From: Acidimicrobiaceae bacterium
GTDB taxonomy: Bacteria; Actinomycetota; Acidimicrobiia; Acidimicrobiales; Aldehydirespiratoraceae
Assembly: GCA_026706815.1 (NCBI GenBank)
Contig: JAPOYA010000013.1
Location: forward strand, 20,378 to 84,377
Reading direction: 5' to 3'
Length of the DNA: 64,000 nt
A program made the position numbers and the translations under genes. Every line of letters begins with the position of its first letter. Position 1 is the stretch's first letter. A model generated the notes under the pieces. It did no database searches, was not told where the DNA came from, and saw only the letters and a list, made by a program, of their open reading frames with translations. Of this stretch, positions 9,824-19,813 are shown one piece after another.

Positions 9824-10759
9824 TCACCCGTCGCGACTGAATGGAACTGTGAGCGCTGCGGGTTGATCAGCGGCCCGGCGGGCGATGATCGCTAATGCGA
9901 TCACAGTAAGGACAGCGGGTGCCATGGTGGTGAGACTCGCTGTCGCTCCCGTGACAATACCCAGTGTTTTCCACTGTGTCACGGTCGCCGTTATCAACCC
10001 GTAGAGCAGAGACCCCGCCAGCACGCCTACCGGACGCCAAGCTCCGAAGTAGACGAGCGCTACAGCTATGAAGCCGATCCCGTTGGTCAGATTGTTCTGG
10101 AATGTGCCGAGTTCGATTGTCAGCGCCGCGCCGGCGAGTCCCGCCAGCCCGTTCCCGACGAGGATCGCAACGGCCCTGGTTCGGAAAACGCTGACACCCA
10201 GAGAATCGGCTGCCTCGGGGCTTTCGCCTACTGCCCGAATATTGAGTCCTAGGGTGGTGCGATTGACGACGAGTGTCAGCACCGGAACCATCAGCACGGC
10301 CAGATAGACCAGCATGCTGTGATTGAAGAACATGTTGCCGATGTGCGGTATGTCGCCCAGCAGCGGAATCTTGAGATCATCGAATGAAGGAATGCCGCGG
10401 GGTATGCCGACCTGCTTGAGGAACAGCAGTTCGCTTATCCCCAAACCGAACAGGTAGATGCCGATGCCGCTGATGCCCTGTTCGGCCTTGAACACCAGCG
10501 TCACAATCGCGTAGGCGATCCCCATTGTCAGACCCACCCCAAGGCCCACCGCGACTCCGAGCAGACGCGAGTCGGTTTCCAAGACCGTCCAGTAGGCGAA
10601 GAAGGCTCCCAACAGCATTACGCCGTCCACGCCCAGATTCAGCACGCCGCTGCGTTGGCCGATCGTCTCGCCGAGCGCGGCAAGCAAGTAGGGGGTGGCG
10701 AGGCGCATGCCGGAAGCAAACGTGGCCACCAGAACCGACAGTGTGAAGAAGTCACTCAT
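9824..10759 (-). CDS. ABC transporter permease (importer 1)
   Basis: 311 aa polytopic membrane protein. It overlaps the upstream permease gene by 8 nt. Confidence 0.85.
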   Translation of the reverse strand: MSDFFTLSVLVATFASGMRLATPYLLAALGETIGQRSGVLNLGVDGVMLLGAFFAYWTVLETDSRLLGVAVGLGVGLTMGIAYAIVTLVFKAEQGISGIGIYLFGLGISELLFLKQVGIPRGIPSFDDLKIPLLGDIPHIGNMFFNHSMLVYLAVLMVPVLTLVVNRTTLGLNIRAVGESPEAADSLGVSVFRTRAVAILVGNGLAGLAGAALTIELGTFQNNLTNGIGFIAVALVYFGAWRPVGVLAGSLLYGLITATVTQWKTLGIVTGATASLTTMAPAVLTVIALAIIARRAADQPAALTVPFSRDG

Positions 10760-11876
10760 CGGTCGGCTGTGTTTTTGCTGCGACGCTCTGGGTTCGCATG
10801 CGGGAGATGTCCATCGCTTGGCGGAGACGATCCCGCACGCTGGTACTGCTCACAACGAACACCACGATCAGACCGTTGAGGCCGATCACCAATGCCGAAG
10901 GAATCTGGATGGCCCGCTGCATGGCGTTTGCGCCTACGAGCAATCCTCCGAACAGGAACGACGACGGGATGGTCCACAGCGGGTGAAGCCCCCCGAACAG
11001 CGCTGCCACGATGCCGTTGAATCCAGACGATCCCGTGAACCCCAGCGATGATCCGTCGGTGATCAGTCGATGTGACTGGCTCCCGAACACCAGCACAGCG
11101 CCGGCCAGTCCGCACATCGCCCCGGAGTAGGTGAGCGCCAGCATGGTCATGCGCTTGAAAGGCATGCCCGCGTAGTTGGCAGCAGCGGAGTTGTGCCCCA
11201 CCGCACGGGTCTTGAACCCGACCGTCGTGCGCCACAGGAAAACCCACGCAATGACCGAGGCGACCAGGGCGATCACCACGCCGAGGTGCAGGCGGGTGCC
11301 CTCGATCAGGATGGGCAGGTCGGCATTCTCCGACAGTCGCTCAGTCTGCGGGATGCGTGTTCCGCGTTGGATTTCGAGGGGGTCGATCAGCGGATCGCGC
11401 AGCAGATAGTTCATCACCTGAATGGCGACGATGTTCAACATGATCGTGGAGAGGATTTCGTTGACGCCGAGATAGGCCTTCAAGGCTCCCGGGATTGCTC
11501 CCCAAATGCCTCCACCGATGATCCCGGCCAGCATGACAGTCGGTATGAGAACGATTGGGGGAAGATCGGGGACGGCCAACGCGGTGACCGTTGAAAGCAG
11601 TGCTCCCACAACGATCTGTCCCTCGCCGCCGATGTTTATGACCTTGGCCCGAAAAGCAATGCAGATGCCGGTGCCCACCAACAACAGCGGCATGGCCCGA
11701 ACCGAGGTGTCGGCGAGGGCGTCACCGCTGCCGAACGCACCCTTGATGAGTTCGCCGTATCCGACAAGGGGATTGGCGCCGAGCACGATGATCACGACCG
11801 CGCCGACAGCGAGCGCTGCCAACGCCGCCACAAGAGGGACGAGGCTCCCGCTGAACCGATGGAGAAGGCTCATCAT
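10752..11876 (-). CDS. ABC transporter permease (importer 1)
   Basis: 374 aa polytopic membrane protein, first gene of the transporter block. Confidence 0.85.
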   Translation of the reverse strand: MMSLLHRFSGSLVPLVAALAALAVGAVVIIVLGANPLVGYGELIKGAFGSGDALADTSVRAMPLLLVGTGICIAFRAKVINIGGEGQIVVGALLSTVTALAVPDLPPIVLIPTVMLAGIIGGGIWGAIPGALKAYLGVNEILSTIMLNIVAIQVMNYLLRDPLIDPLEIQRGTRIPQTERLSENADLPILIEGTRLHLGVVIALVASVIAWVFLWRTTVGFKTRAVGHNSAAANYAGMPFKRMTMLALTYSGAMCGLAGAVLVFGSQSHRLITDGSSLGFTGSSGFNGIVAALFGGLHPLWTIPSSFLFGGLLVGANAMQRAIQIPSALVIGLNGLIVVFVVSSTSVRDRLRQAMDISRMRTQSVAAKTQPTDE

Positions 11877-11963
11877 CGAACGATGATGATTATGGGTGCT
11901 CGCACAGGCATCGGATAATAGCTCACACAGACATCGGGCGCACAGGCATCGGGTCCACAGATA

Positions 11964-14252
11964 TCAGATCATCGAAGGCTGTGCAGTTTCGGGCTCGGCG
12001 GACGTCAGACCTTCCAGGACGCGGGTGGGCGTCAGGGGGAAGGAGTCGAACCACACGCCTGTGGCGTCGTGCAGCGCTGCGGCAATCGCGGGCGCATAGG
12101 GGATGAACGGCATCTCAGCCATGCCCCGGACGCCGAACGGACCGCGGGGGTCGGGGATCTCGAGGAGCACAGATCGCACCTGCTCTGGAATGTCCGATAT
12201 CCCGGGTATCAGGTAACCGCTGAATCTCGGGTTGAGCACTCGCCCATCGACGACCTGAAGGTCTTCTGACAATGCGTAGCCGTGAGCCTGGATGACAGCG
12301 CCCTCGACTTGCCCGACTACCAGAGCACGGTTGACGATACAACCCACATCGACGGCGCACACGACATCGTGGACCACGATGTGACCGGTTTCGACGTCGA
12401 CCGACAAGTCTACTGCTTCGGCCACGTAGCCATATGCGAAGTTCGGCGTCGTGGGCAGCAGGCCCTCGGGGTCGAGAGCCTCGGTCGGAGGAGGAACGTA
12501 GCGAAACTCTCCCATCGCGGGGCGGTCCCCGTTGAGCCACGATTTCGCCGCCTCCTCCGCGGCGCCCAAGATGGCATTGCCGGTCATCCAGGTAAGTCGA
12601 GACGCCGAGGCCGAGCCTGAGTCTCCGCTGCTCGCGGTGTCGGAGAATCTCGCCTCGATCGCTTCAAACGGCACTCCCGTCGCCTCTGCGGCCATCTGCA
12701 AGAAAGCGGTGTGAGCGCCCTGCCCGACATCGGCGCCGGCCAGATACAACTCCGCAGACATGGGCTCATCGACCCCGCCGTCCAACGAATCGTCCTCTCC
12801 TCGCAGGACGATCATTGCCTCGCTCCGTTCTGGGAAACCGAACGAGAAACCGACATTCTTATAGGCGCAGGCAAAACCGCGGCCGCGCCTGACCGCTTTC
12901 GTCGAAGGCGCCAATGAGGCGAACGCCGACACGGCCCGAGGTTCCGGCAGCGGCTCGGACCAGTCGGCCTCAGTCGCACAGGCCTCAACGACTTCTCCGA
13001 GGCTCACTCCAGCGGGCATCTCGGATCCGGTTATCCCGAGCGATCCATCCGCCAAAATGTTGCGACGCCGGATCTCGACGGGATCAATGCCGGTCAGCGC
13101 AGCAAGCTTGTTCATCTGCATCTCGGCCACGAACGTGCCCTGCGGCCCGCCGAATCCCCTGAACGCTCCGCCCGGCGGCGCGTTCGTGTAAACGGCCCTT
13201 GAGTCAATACGAGCGTTCGGGATCACATAAGCGCCCGACACGCTGAGATGGAGGTTTCCGAGCACCTTGTTGGAGGTGTAGTTGTAGGCCCCCGCATCGA
13301 GATAGGCCTCTGCTTCCACTCCTAGAATCCGACCGTCGGCATCCGCCGCCCAGCGGGTGTGGACCCTGCCCCGATGGCGTTTGTGATGCCCGACAATCGA
13401 CTCCTCCCGGCTCCATTCGCAGCGCACAGGCCGAGTTGTTCCGGCTTCCTGCAACCGCAGCGCAACCAGCCCCATCACCACTTGCAGGCTCATGTCCTCT
13501 TTGCCGCCGAAAGCCCCTCCGATGGCCCTGTAGACGATGCGCACCTGTTCAACCGGGAGATCGAGCGCGTGAGCCACTTGTTCTCGATCTTCGTGGGTCC
13601 ACTGCCCCGCGGTCTCCACGGTGATCCTGCCTTCGGCGTCAATGTAGGAAACAGCCGCCTCGGTCTGAAGATAGGCGTGCTCCTGGTACGGGTACTCGTA
13701 GGTGTGTTCGACAATATGAGCGGCGTCAGCGAAAGCTGCAACGGTGTCACCCTTGCGCACCTTCAGATGGGTGTAGGAATTGGTGTCGGCGCCGTCTTCG
13801 GGGTGTACCAGAGTCGCGTCCGGTTCCAGCGCAGCGTCGAGGTCGGCTATCACATCCAGGGGTTCCCACTCGGTGACAATGAGTTGGGCCGCAGCCAGCG
13901 CAATTTCGGCTGTGTCCGCCACAACCACCGCCAAATGGTCGGCTTCCCAGCGAGAGACGTCGGATGCCACGGCTGCGCGGCCCGAGCTGCGCGGCCCAAC
14001 CAGCACAGGCTGATCAAACTTGGTCAGCCCGTACTCGTTCACTGGTACGTCCGCTGCGGTCAATACCAGATGCACACCGGGCATCGCCACAGCAGCGCCA
14101 GTGTCGAGAGAAGTGATGCGCGCATGGACTTCGTCTGTGAACACAACCTTGGCGTGCAACATCTCAGCATCCGCGATGTCGCCCGCGTAGATCGCCTCTC
14201 CGGTGACCTTCCCGTAGGCGTCGGGTTTTGCAGCCGGTTCACCGAAACTCAC
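11964..14252 (-). CDS. xanthine dehydrogenase/aldehyde oxidase family molybdopterin-binding large subunit
   Basis: 762 aa with hammerhead and MoCo-binding domains (GGAFGGKEDMS, GFGGPQG). A 4-nt overlap joins it to the FAD/FeS subunit gene. Confidence 0.85.
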   Translation of the reverse strand: MSFGEPAAKPDAYGKVTGEAIYAGDIADAEMLHAKVVFTDEVHARITSLDTGAAVAMPGVHLVLTAADVPVNEYGLTKFDQPVLVGPRSSGRAAVASDVSRWEADHLAVVVADTAEIALAAAQLIVTEWEPLDVIADLDAALEPDATLVHPEDGADTNSYTHLKVRKGDTVAAFADAAHIVEHTYEYPYQEHAYLQTEAAVSYIDAEGRITVETAGQWTHEDREQVAHALDLPVEQVRIVYRAIGGAFGGKEDMSLQVVMGLVALRLQEAGTTRPVRCEWSREESIVGHHKRHRGRVHTRWAADADGRILGVEAEAYLDAGAYNYTSNKVLGNLHLSVSGAYVIPNARIDSRAVYTNAPPGGAFRGFGGPQGTFVAEMQMNKLAALTGIDPVEIRRRNILADGSLGITGSEMPAGVSLGEVVEACATEADWSEPLPEPRAVSAFASLAPSTKAVRRGRGFACAYKNVGFSFGFPERSEAMIVLRGEDDSLDGGVDEPMSAELYLAGADVGQGAHTAFLQMAAEATGVPFEAIEARFSDTASSGDSGSASASRLTWMTGNAILGAAEEAAKSWLNGDRPAMGEFRYVPPPTEALDPEGLLPTTPNFAYGYVAEAVDLSVDVETGHIVVHDVVCAVDVGCIVNRALVVGQVEGAVIQAHGYALSEDLQVVDGRVLNPRFSGYLIPGISDIPEQVRSVLLEIPDPRGPFGVRGMAEMPFIPYAPAIAAALHDATGVWFDSFPLTPTRVLEGLTSAEPETAQPSMI

Positions 14253-15685
14253 GAATCGGCCCCCGCGCCGGTTGTTGCGTCAAACGCAGCCTCTATGGCG
14301 TAGTAGCCGGTGCAGCGGCAGAGATTGCCCGAGAGTCCGTGCTTGAGCGTCTCTTCGTCGGCTTCGGGGTCACTGGCCTGCAATGCAGCTCCTGCCATCA
14401 AAAACCCCGGGATGCAATAGCCGCACTGCACTGCGGCACAATCAATGAAGCGCTGTTGAAGTGGGTGGAGGACTCCGTCGCGGGCAAGTCCCTCGATTGT
14501 CGTAATCCGCGACTTGTGCGCTCTGCCCGCCGGCACCAGACAACTGAGAACTGCCGCGCCGTCCAGGTGGATGGTGCAGGCACCGCATTCTCCTTCTGCG
14601 CAACCTTCTTTGGTGCCAGTCAACTCGGTCGCTTCACGAATCCAGTCGAGCAGCGGTGCTGCGGTCCAAGGCGCGTCGACCGCCATGCCGTTGATCGTTG
14701 TGGAGATCATGTCACCCGGACCGAACTCGGCGACCACGGCGTCCGGGGCAACGCATGGGCCTCCCAATGTCGGCACAGACTCCGGCCATGCGGCTTGATG
14801 CTCACCCGCTGCTATCGCTTCAAGACATCGGCGCACCATCACCGCGACAACCCGGCTGCGGTAAGCGGCGGGGGCTCGCAGGTCGTCGATCGGCGCAACG
14901 CCGGCTCTGGCAAGCTCACCTGCCGCTTCAATGCTGGTTTCGTCCAGGCACCCCCCGATCAGCAGCTCTTCGGCTTCGGCGGCTCGCACGATGACGGGTG
15001 CCACGCTGCCCAAGGCGATCGCGATGTCGGAAACGGCCCCGTGATCGTCGAAGTCGCAGCGAACCGCGAGATGCACCACCGAGATGGCTTGAGCCCCCCG
15101 CAGGCCCAACTTCAAGAACATCGAGCGGCTGTCGGCGGCGCGGACCGGGAACGAAATGTCAGTCACGAGCTCGTCCGGCTCGAGGACAGTCTCGCGCACG
15201 CCCACGAAAAAGTCCGAGAGATCGACGGTGCGGTTGCCCGCCGCGGAGGTGAGCGTTATGTCTGCCTCCAGTGCCCTCAATGCGCTGATCGTGTCGTTTG
15301 CCGGGCTGGCGGTGACCACATTCCCGGCCACCGTCGCACGGTTCCGCAACGCCGGAGCGCCCACTTCTAGACACGCCTGCGCCAGCGCTAGGCCGTGTTC
15401 AACAACGGTCGGGCTGTCGGTGCACTGACTATGCGTCACCAATGGCCCGATGTGTACTCGGCCGTCGCTCACTGAAATCTCGTCGAGTCCGGCGATTCGG
15501 GTGATATCGATCAGCCGCTTTACCTCCCCGCTGATCCGCCGATCCATCTCGATCATGAGATCAGTGCCGCCCGCCACAACCCGTCCGCCGTCGGCGAGCA
15601 GCGCCACTGCTTCTGCAACAGTGCCGGGCGCGGCGTATGCGGTTGGCCTGATTGCCGGGAGTTGGACATCATGCACGTCGGGCAA
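14249..15685 (-). CDS. fused FAD-binding (CoxM-like) + [2Fe-2S] (CoxS-like) subunit of a molybdenum hydroxylase
   Basis: The N-terminal FAD domain carries VVAGGTDLM. The C-terminal part carries CAEGECGACT, CGYCIPG and CRCTGY. Domain order is FAD then FeS. Confidence 0.85.
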   Translation of the reverse strand: MPDVHDVQLPAIRPTAYAAPGTVAEAVALLADGGRVVAGGTDLMIEMDRRISGEVKRLIDITRIAGLDEISVSDGRVHIGPLVTHSQCTDSPTVVEHGLALAQACLEVGAPALRNRATVAGNVVTASPANDTISALRALEADITLTSAAGNRTVDLSDFFVGVRETVLEPDELVTDISFPVRAADSRSMFLKLGLRGAQAISVVHLAVRCDFDDHGAVSDIAIALGSVAPVIVRAAEAEELLIGGCLDETSIEAAGELARAGVAPIDDLRAPAAYRSRVVAVMVRRCLEAIAAGEHQAAWPESVPTLGGPCVAPDAVVAEFGPGDMISTTINGMAVDAPWTAAPLLDWIREATELTGTKEGCAEGECGACTIHLDGAAVLSCLVPAGRAHKSRITTIEGLARDGVLHPLQQRFIDCAAVQCGYCIPGFLMAGAALQASDPEADEETLKHGLSGNLCRCTGYYAIEAAFDATTGAGADS

Positions 15686-15876
15686 CCTCCGAGATGCGGG
15701 AGTGCCAGACTAGATTATCCCTCTCATGACAACGCACACCGATAGCGCTAATGTCGTGACGCTCAAGAGAATCGCCAACGGTTCTCAGCAGGGTGCGCCT
15801 CTTGAGGAGCGCCTTTGGAAACAGACCGTCCATGAGGGTCGAACAGACTTTCAGGATCAACCCTTGGAGGGGAAAC

Positions 15877-17172
15877 GTGAAATCTGCAGAAGGAAACAAA
15901 GGCACGAAGGCGCTGTGGCGTGTTCTGGCTCTACTCCTGGTTTTCGTCATGATCGCTGCTGCTTGCGGCGACGATGACGGTGACGATGGAGAAGCCGACG
16001 ACGGCTCGACCGCAAGCGACGACATGGACGACGGCGACATGGACGACATGGACGACGACGGCCATGACCACGACGACGACATGGACGACGACGGCCATGA
16101 CCACGACGACGACATGGATGACATGGACGACGGCGACATGGACGACATGGATGACATGGGCGACATGGACGGCGACTTCTCTGCGGCATTCCTGTACATC
16201 AGTCCCGTGGGCGAAGCCGGCTGGACATGGGCTCACGACCAGGGCCGTCTGTACGCTGAAGAGGCAACAGGCATCCCAACCGTCTTCGTCGACAGTATTG
16301 ACGACACGTCAGCAGCCGACACCGAAGCGGCGATACGCACACTCGTCGCCGACGGTCACGACGTGATCATCGGAACGTCCTTCGGCTATATGGACACCAT
16401 GGAGGCAATGGCCGACGAGTTCCCCGACGTCGTCTTCGAGCATGTCTCGGGCTACAAGGCCAACGAGACCAACTTCGGCAACACCTTCGGCAAGATCTAC
16501 CAGCCCCGTTATCTGACGGGCATGATCGCCGGCGCAGCCACCGAGACCAACCAGATCGGCTACGTTGCGGCATTCCCGATTCCTGAGGTTGCTCGCGGGA
16601 TCAACGCCTTCACGCTCGGAGCCCAGCGGGTCAATCCTGACGTTGAAGTCGTGGTCCAGTGGACCAGCACCTGGTTCGACCCGGCGATCGAGGGCGATGC
16701 GGCCGACGCGCTCCTCGAAGGTGGGGCAGACGTCATTGCGATGCATCAGGACACCACCTCCGCGGGTCTCGCCGCCGAAGCCGCAGGTGCTCGCTGGGTG
16801 TCCTACAACTCCGACATGAGCGAATTCGCTCCGGACGCCTACCTTGCCTCGGCCATTTGGAACTGGGGTCCGCGGTATGCGGAGATCATCTCGTCCGCTG
16901 CCGACGGCAGCTACGCGCCCGGGTTCTACTGGGGCGGCTATGCCGATGGAATCGTCGACATCGGCTCTATTGCCGACGACGTCGACTCTGACATAGTCGC
17001 TCAGGTGCAGGACATCCGCCAGCAGATGATCGACGGCACCTTCGCAGTGTTCTCAGGTCCCCTGTTCGCCCAGGACGGCACGCAACTGCTGGCCGAAGGC
17101 GAAGTCATGGATCCAGGAATGCTGCTGGGCGAAGCGTTCTTCGTCCAGGGCGTCGTCGGCGACATCGGCTAG
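15877..17172 (+). CDS. BMP-family substrate-binding lipoprotein 2 with Asp/Met/His-rich tether
   Basis: I place the start at GTG 15877, which lies 7 nt after GGAGGGG. The ORF-track ATG at 15793 would add an implausible leader. The lipobox is IAAACG, followed by an acidic linker and a BMP-like domain. Confidence 0.8.
   Translation: MKSAEGNKGTKALWRVLALLLVFVMIAAACGDDDGDDGEADDGSTASDDMDDGDMDDMDDDGHDHDDDMDDDGHDHDDDMDDMDDGDMDDMDDMGDMDGDFSAAFLYISPVGEAGWTWAHDQGRLYAEEATGIPTVFVDSIDDTSAADTEAAIRTLVADGHDVIIGTSFGYMDTMEAMADEFPDVVFEHVSGYKANETNFGNTFGKIYQPRYLTGMIAGAATETNQIGYVAAFPIPEVARGINAFTLGAQRVNPDVEVVVQWTSTWFDPAIEGDAADALLEGGADVIAMHQDTTSAGLAAEAAGARWVSYNSDMSEFAPDAYLASAIWNWGPRYAEIISSAADGSYAPGFYWGGYADGIVDIGSIADDVDSDIVAQVQDIRQQMIDGTFAVFSGPLFAQDGTQLLAEGEVMDPGMLLGEAFFVQGVVGDIG
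16018..16176. repeat. GAC/ATG-rich coding low-complexity repeat containing a perfect 33-bp unit x2 (16051-16116)
   Basis: The unit gacgacgacggccatgaccacgacgacgacatg occurs twice in tandem. The region encodes DDMDDGDMDDMDDDGHDHDDDMDDDGHDHDDDMDDMDDGDMDDMDDMGDMDGD. Confidence 0.9.
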
Positions 17173-17240
17173 GGCGCACAACCTCCCCCGCTCCACCAAC
17201 CAACACACTCAGCCAATTTACGACAGGCCAACACACAACA

Positions 17241-18746
17241 GTGGATGCTGCCCCGCTTGCTGTAGAACTCAAAGGAATCTGGAAACGGTTCCCCGGTGTT
17301 GTCGCCAATGCCGGTACGGAGCTCACGGTCAAGCGGGGCAGCATCCATGCTGTCCTCGGTGAGAACGGCGCCGGCAAATCGACGTTGATGAACGTCCTTG
17401 CCGGCGTCTATCGCCCCGAGGAGGGCGAAGTACGTCTGTTCGGCGAACGTGTGGTGTTCGCCAATCCCGCCGATGCACTCGCCGCAGGCGTGGGAATGGT
17501 GCATCAAGAGTTCCGACTGGTTCCGACCTTCACGGTGGCCGAGAACGTGGTGCTCGGCGCTGCGGACCGGGTCTTGAACATGGGCGCCGTCGAACGCCGA
17601 GTCGCTGAGCTTGCCGGGCAATTCTCCCTCGACGTCGATCCGCAACGCCACATTTGGCAATTGTCGATGGGCGAGCGGCAGCGGGTTGAGATCCTCAAGG
17701 CGCTGTGGCGCGACGCGGAGATACTCATTCTCGATGAGCCGACCGCGGTTCTCACCCCGAACGAGGCCGATGAGCTCGGTCTGGTGATCAGGCGCATGGC
17801 GAACGACGGTCGATCGGTCATCTTCATCAGCCACAAGCTGCATGAGGTCAAGCAGTACTGCGACGAGGCCACGGTGCTGCGAGGCGGCAAGACAGTGGCC
17901 GCTTCAATGCCGGTTGCCGACCTCACGCCTCAACAACTCGCGGAGCTGATGGTCGGTGAGGCCACCGAAGCAGCGCTACGACCCGAGCCGAGACAAGCCG
18001 GCGAGCAGCTTTTATCGGTGCAGAATCTGTGCGCCCTCAACAACCGGAGTCTGGAAGCGCTCAGCAATATCTCTCTGTCGGTTCACGCCGGTGAGATCGT
18101 GGGGATAGCCGGTGTGGCCGGCAACGGTCAACGAGAGCTCTCAGACGTGATTGCCGGACTGCGCGAATCCACGTCGGGGACCGTCACGCTGTTCGGCGAG
18201 GACATCACTACCGCTACCCCGCGACAGCGATTTCGCGCCGGGTTGTCGTACATTCCCGAAGACCGTGTGGGGGTCGGACTCGCTCCACAGCTCAGCGTCA
18301 CCGACAACGCCATCCTGCGCTCCTACCGGGAACACACCCGCGGTCCGCTGATCGCGGTCGATCGGGCGAAGGCCTTCTGCGCCGACGTCGTCGACTCGTT
18401 CAAGGTGAGGACGGGCTCGTTGGATCAACGGATCGCGGGGCTCTCGGGCGGCAATCTTCAACGGCTGCTCGTGGGCCGTGAGTTGACCGCCGAGCCGTCG
18501 GTGATCGTCGCGTCACAGCCGACGCGCGGCCTCGACGTGCAGGGAGTGAAGGCAATCCAGGAATTGCTGATCGACGCCCGTAACGAGGGTCTGGGCGTGT
18601 TGATGATCTCTGAGGATCTCGACGAGCTTCTGGCGATCTCTGACCGAATCATCGTGATGCACGAGGGACAGATCGCGGCGGAATATGAAGGTGCTGACGC
18701 GGACCGCAGTGCGATCGGTTTGGCCATGGCAGGCGAGTCGCCATGA
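17241..18746 (+). CDS. ABC transporter ATP-binding protein, duplicated cassette (importer 2)
   Basis: Contains Walker [10 protein letters not shown], signatures [15 protein letters not shown] and LSGGNLQRLLVGREL, and Walker B ILILDEPT. Confidence 0.9.
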   Translation: MDAAPLAVELKGIWKRFPGVVANAGTELTVKRGSIHAVLGENGAGKSTLMNVLAGVYRPEEGEVRLFGERVVFANPADALAAGVGMVHQEFRLVPTFTVAENVVLGAADRVLNMGAVERRVAELAGQFSLDVDPQRHIWQLSMGERQRVEILKALWRDAEILILDEPTAVLTPNEADELGLVIRRMANDGRSVIFISHKLHEVKQYCDEATVLRGGKTVAASMPVADLTPQQLAELMVGEATEAALRPEPRQAGEQLLSVQNLCALNNRSLEALSNISLSVHAGEIVGIAGVAGNGQRELSDVIAGLRESTSGTVTLFGEDITTATPRQRFRAGLSYIPEDRVGVGLAPQLSVTDNAILRSYREHTRGPLIAVDRAKAFCADVVDSFKVRTGSLDQRIAGLSGGNLQRLLVGRELTAEPSVIVASQPTRGLDVQGVKAIQELLIDARNEGLGVLMISEDLDELLAISDRIIVMHEGQIAAEYEGADADRSAIGLAMAGESP

Positions 18747-19813
18747 TCCGCCCGGTCTTGGTGCGCAGGGAAGTGCCTGTTCGCGGCGGGCAGCCGTTGG
18801 CGTTCGCTGTGGGCTTGTTGGTGGCGCTGCTGCTCGGCGCAGTTCTTCTTCTTGTCGCCGGCGACAGCCCGATGGAGGTCTACCGACGGATGCTGTCAGC
18901 CTCGTTCGGCGACTTGGAGGCTTTCTCAGTCACCCTCAACCGGGCAATTCCACTGGCACTCGCCGGTTTGGCTGTGGCCATCGCGGCAACAATGGGCCTT
19001 TGGAACATCGGCGCGGAAGGACAAATCCTCTTCGGAGCGACGACTGCCGCGGGGATAGCACAGATCGGCGAGGGTTGGTCGGGGCCTGTGCTGATCCTGG
19101 CGATGATCGTCGGAGGGTCCATAGGCGGAGCGCTTTGGGCGCTCGGGCCTGCCGCGGCCAAGGCTTACATCGGCGTGAACGAGATAATCACGACGTTGAT
19201 GCTCAACGAGATCGCCGTTCGATTGATCCGGTACTTGATCAACGGCCCATGGAAAGACCCGGAGGGCTACGGATTCGTGCAAGCCCCGGCGCTGCCCGAA
19301 CAGTCGTTCCTTCCGAACTTGTTTCAGCGAACCCACATCGGGTTGCTTATCGCGATTGCAGTGTTGGCGGTGATCGGTTTGATGGTGTCGCGGAGTTCGT
19401 GGGGTTATGAGCTCCGGGTCGCCGGCTCTTCAGGTGCGACCGCTGCCTACGCCGGTATTTCGCTGAAAAGGAAAATCCTCACGGTGCTGGTGCTGTCCGG
19501 CGCTGTTGCGGGACTCGCCGGCGGCATCGAACTGACCGGGAACGCAACCCGACTCACCGAGACGGTCTCCAACGGCTACGGCTTCGCGGGGATCATCGTG
19601 GCGGCGCTGGCTTTGATGCGTCCGAGCGGAGTGGCGGCAGTCGCGGTGCTGTTCGGAGCGGTCCAGGTTGGCGGACAGTCGATCAAGGCGATCGGCGTCT
19701 CCGACGCTGTCTCGACAGTGCTGCAGGCGCTGATCCTCTTCGGAGTGATCGCTGCGGGGGTGTTGATCGTGTACCGCATTGAAATGGCCGAACCGAAGGT
19801 GAGAAGCACATGA
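18743..19813 (+). CDS. ABC transporter permease (importer 2)
   Basis: 356 aa polytopic protein. An ATGA overlap joins it to the ATPase gene. Confidence 0.85.
   Translation: MIRPVLVRREVPVRGGQPLAFAVGLLVALLLGAVLLLVAGDSPMEVYRRMLSASFGDLEAFSVTLNRAIPLALAGLAVAIAATMGLWNIGAEGQILFGATTAAGIAQIGEGWSGPVLILAMIVGGSIGGALWALGPAAAKAYIGVNEIITTLMLNEIAVRLIRYLINGPWKDPEGYGFVQAPALPEQSFLPNLFQRTHIGLLIAIAVLAVIGLMVSRSSWGYELRVAGSSGATAAYAGISLKRKILTVLVLSGAVAGLAGGIELTGNATRLTETVSNGYGFAGIIVAALALMRPSGVAAVAVLFGAVQVGGQSIKAIGVSDAVSTVLQALILFGVIAAGVLIVYRIEMAEPKVRST

Noticed and set aside
15686-15876. A possible purine or other riboswitch in the divergent leader of the BMP importer operons.
   Set aside because: I found no match by eye to the guanine/adenine, 2'-dG, PRPP or ZTP riboswitch cores. 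Only weak short dyads are present. An Rfam scan would be the proper test.
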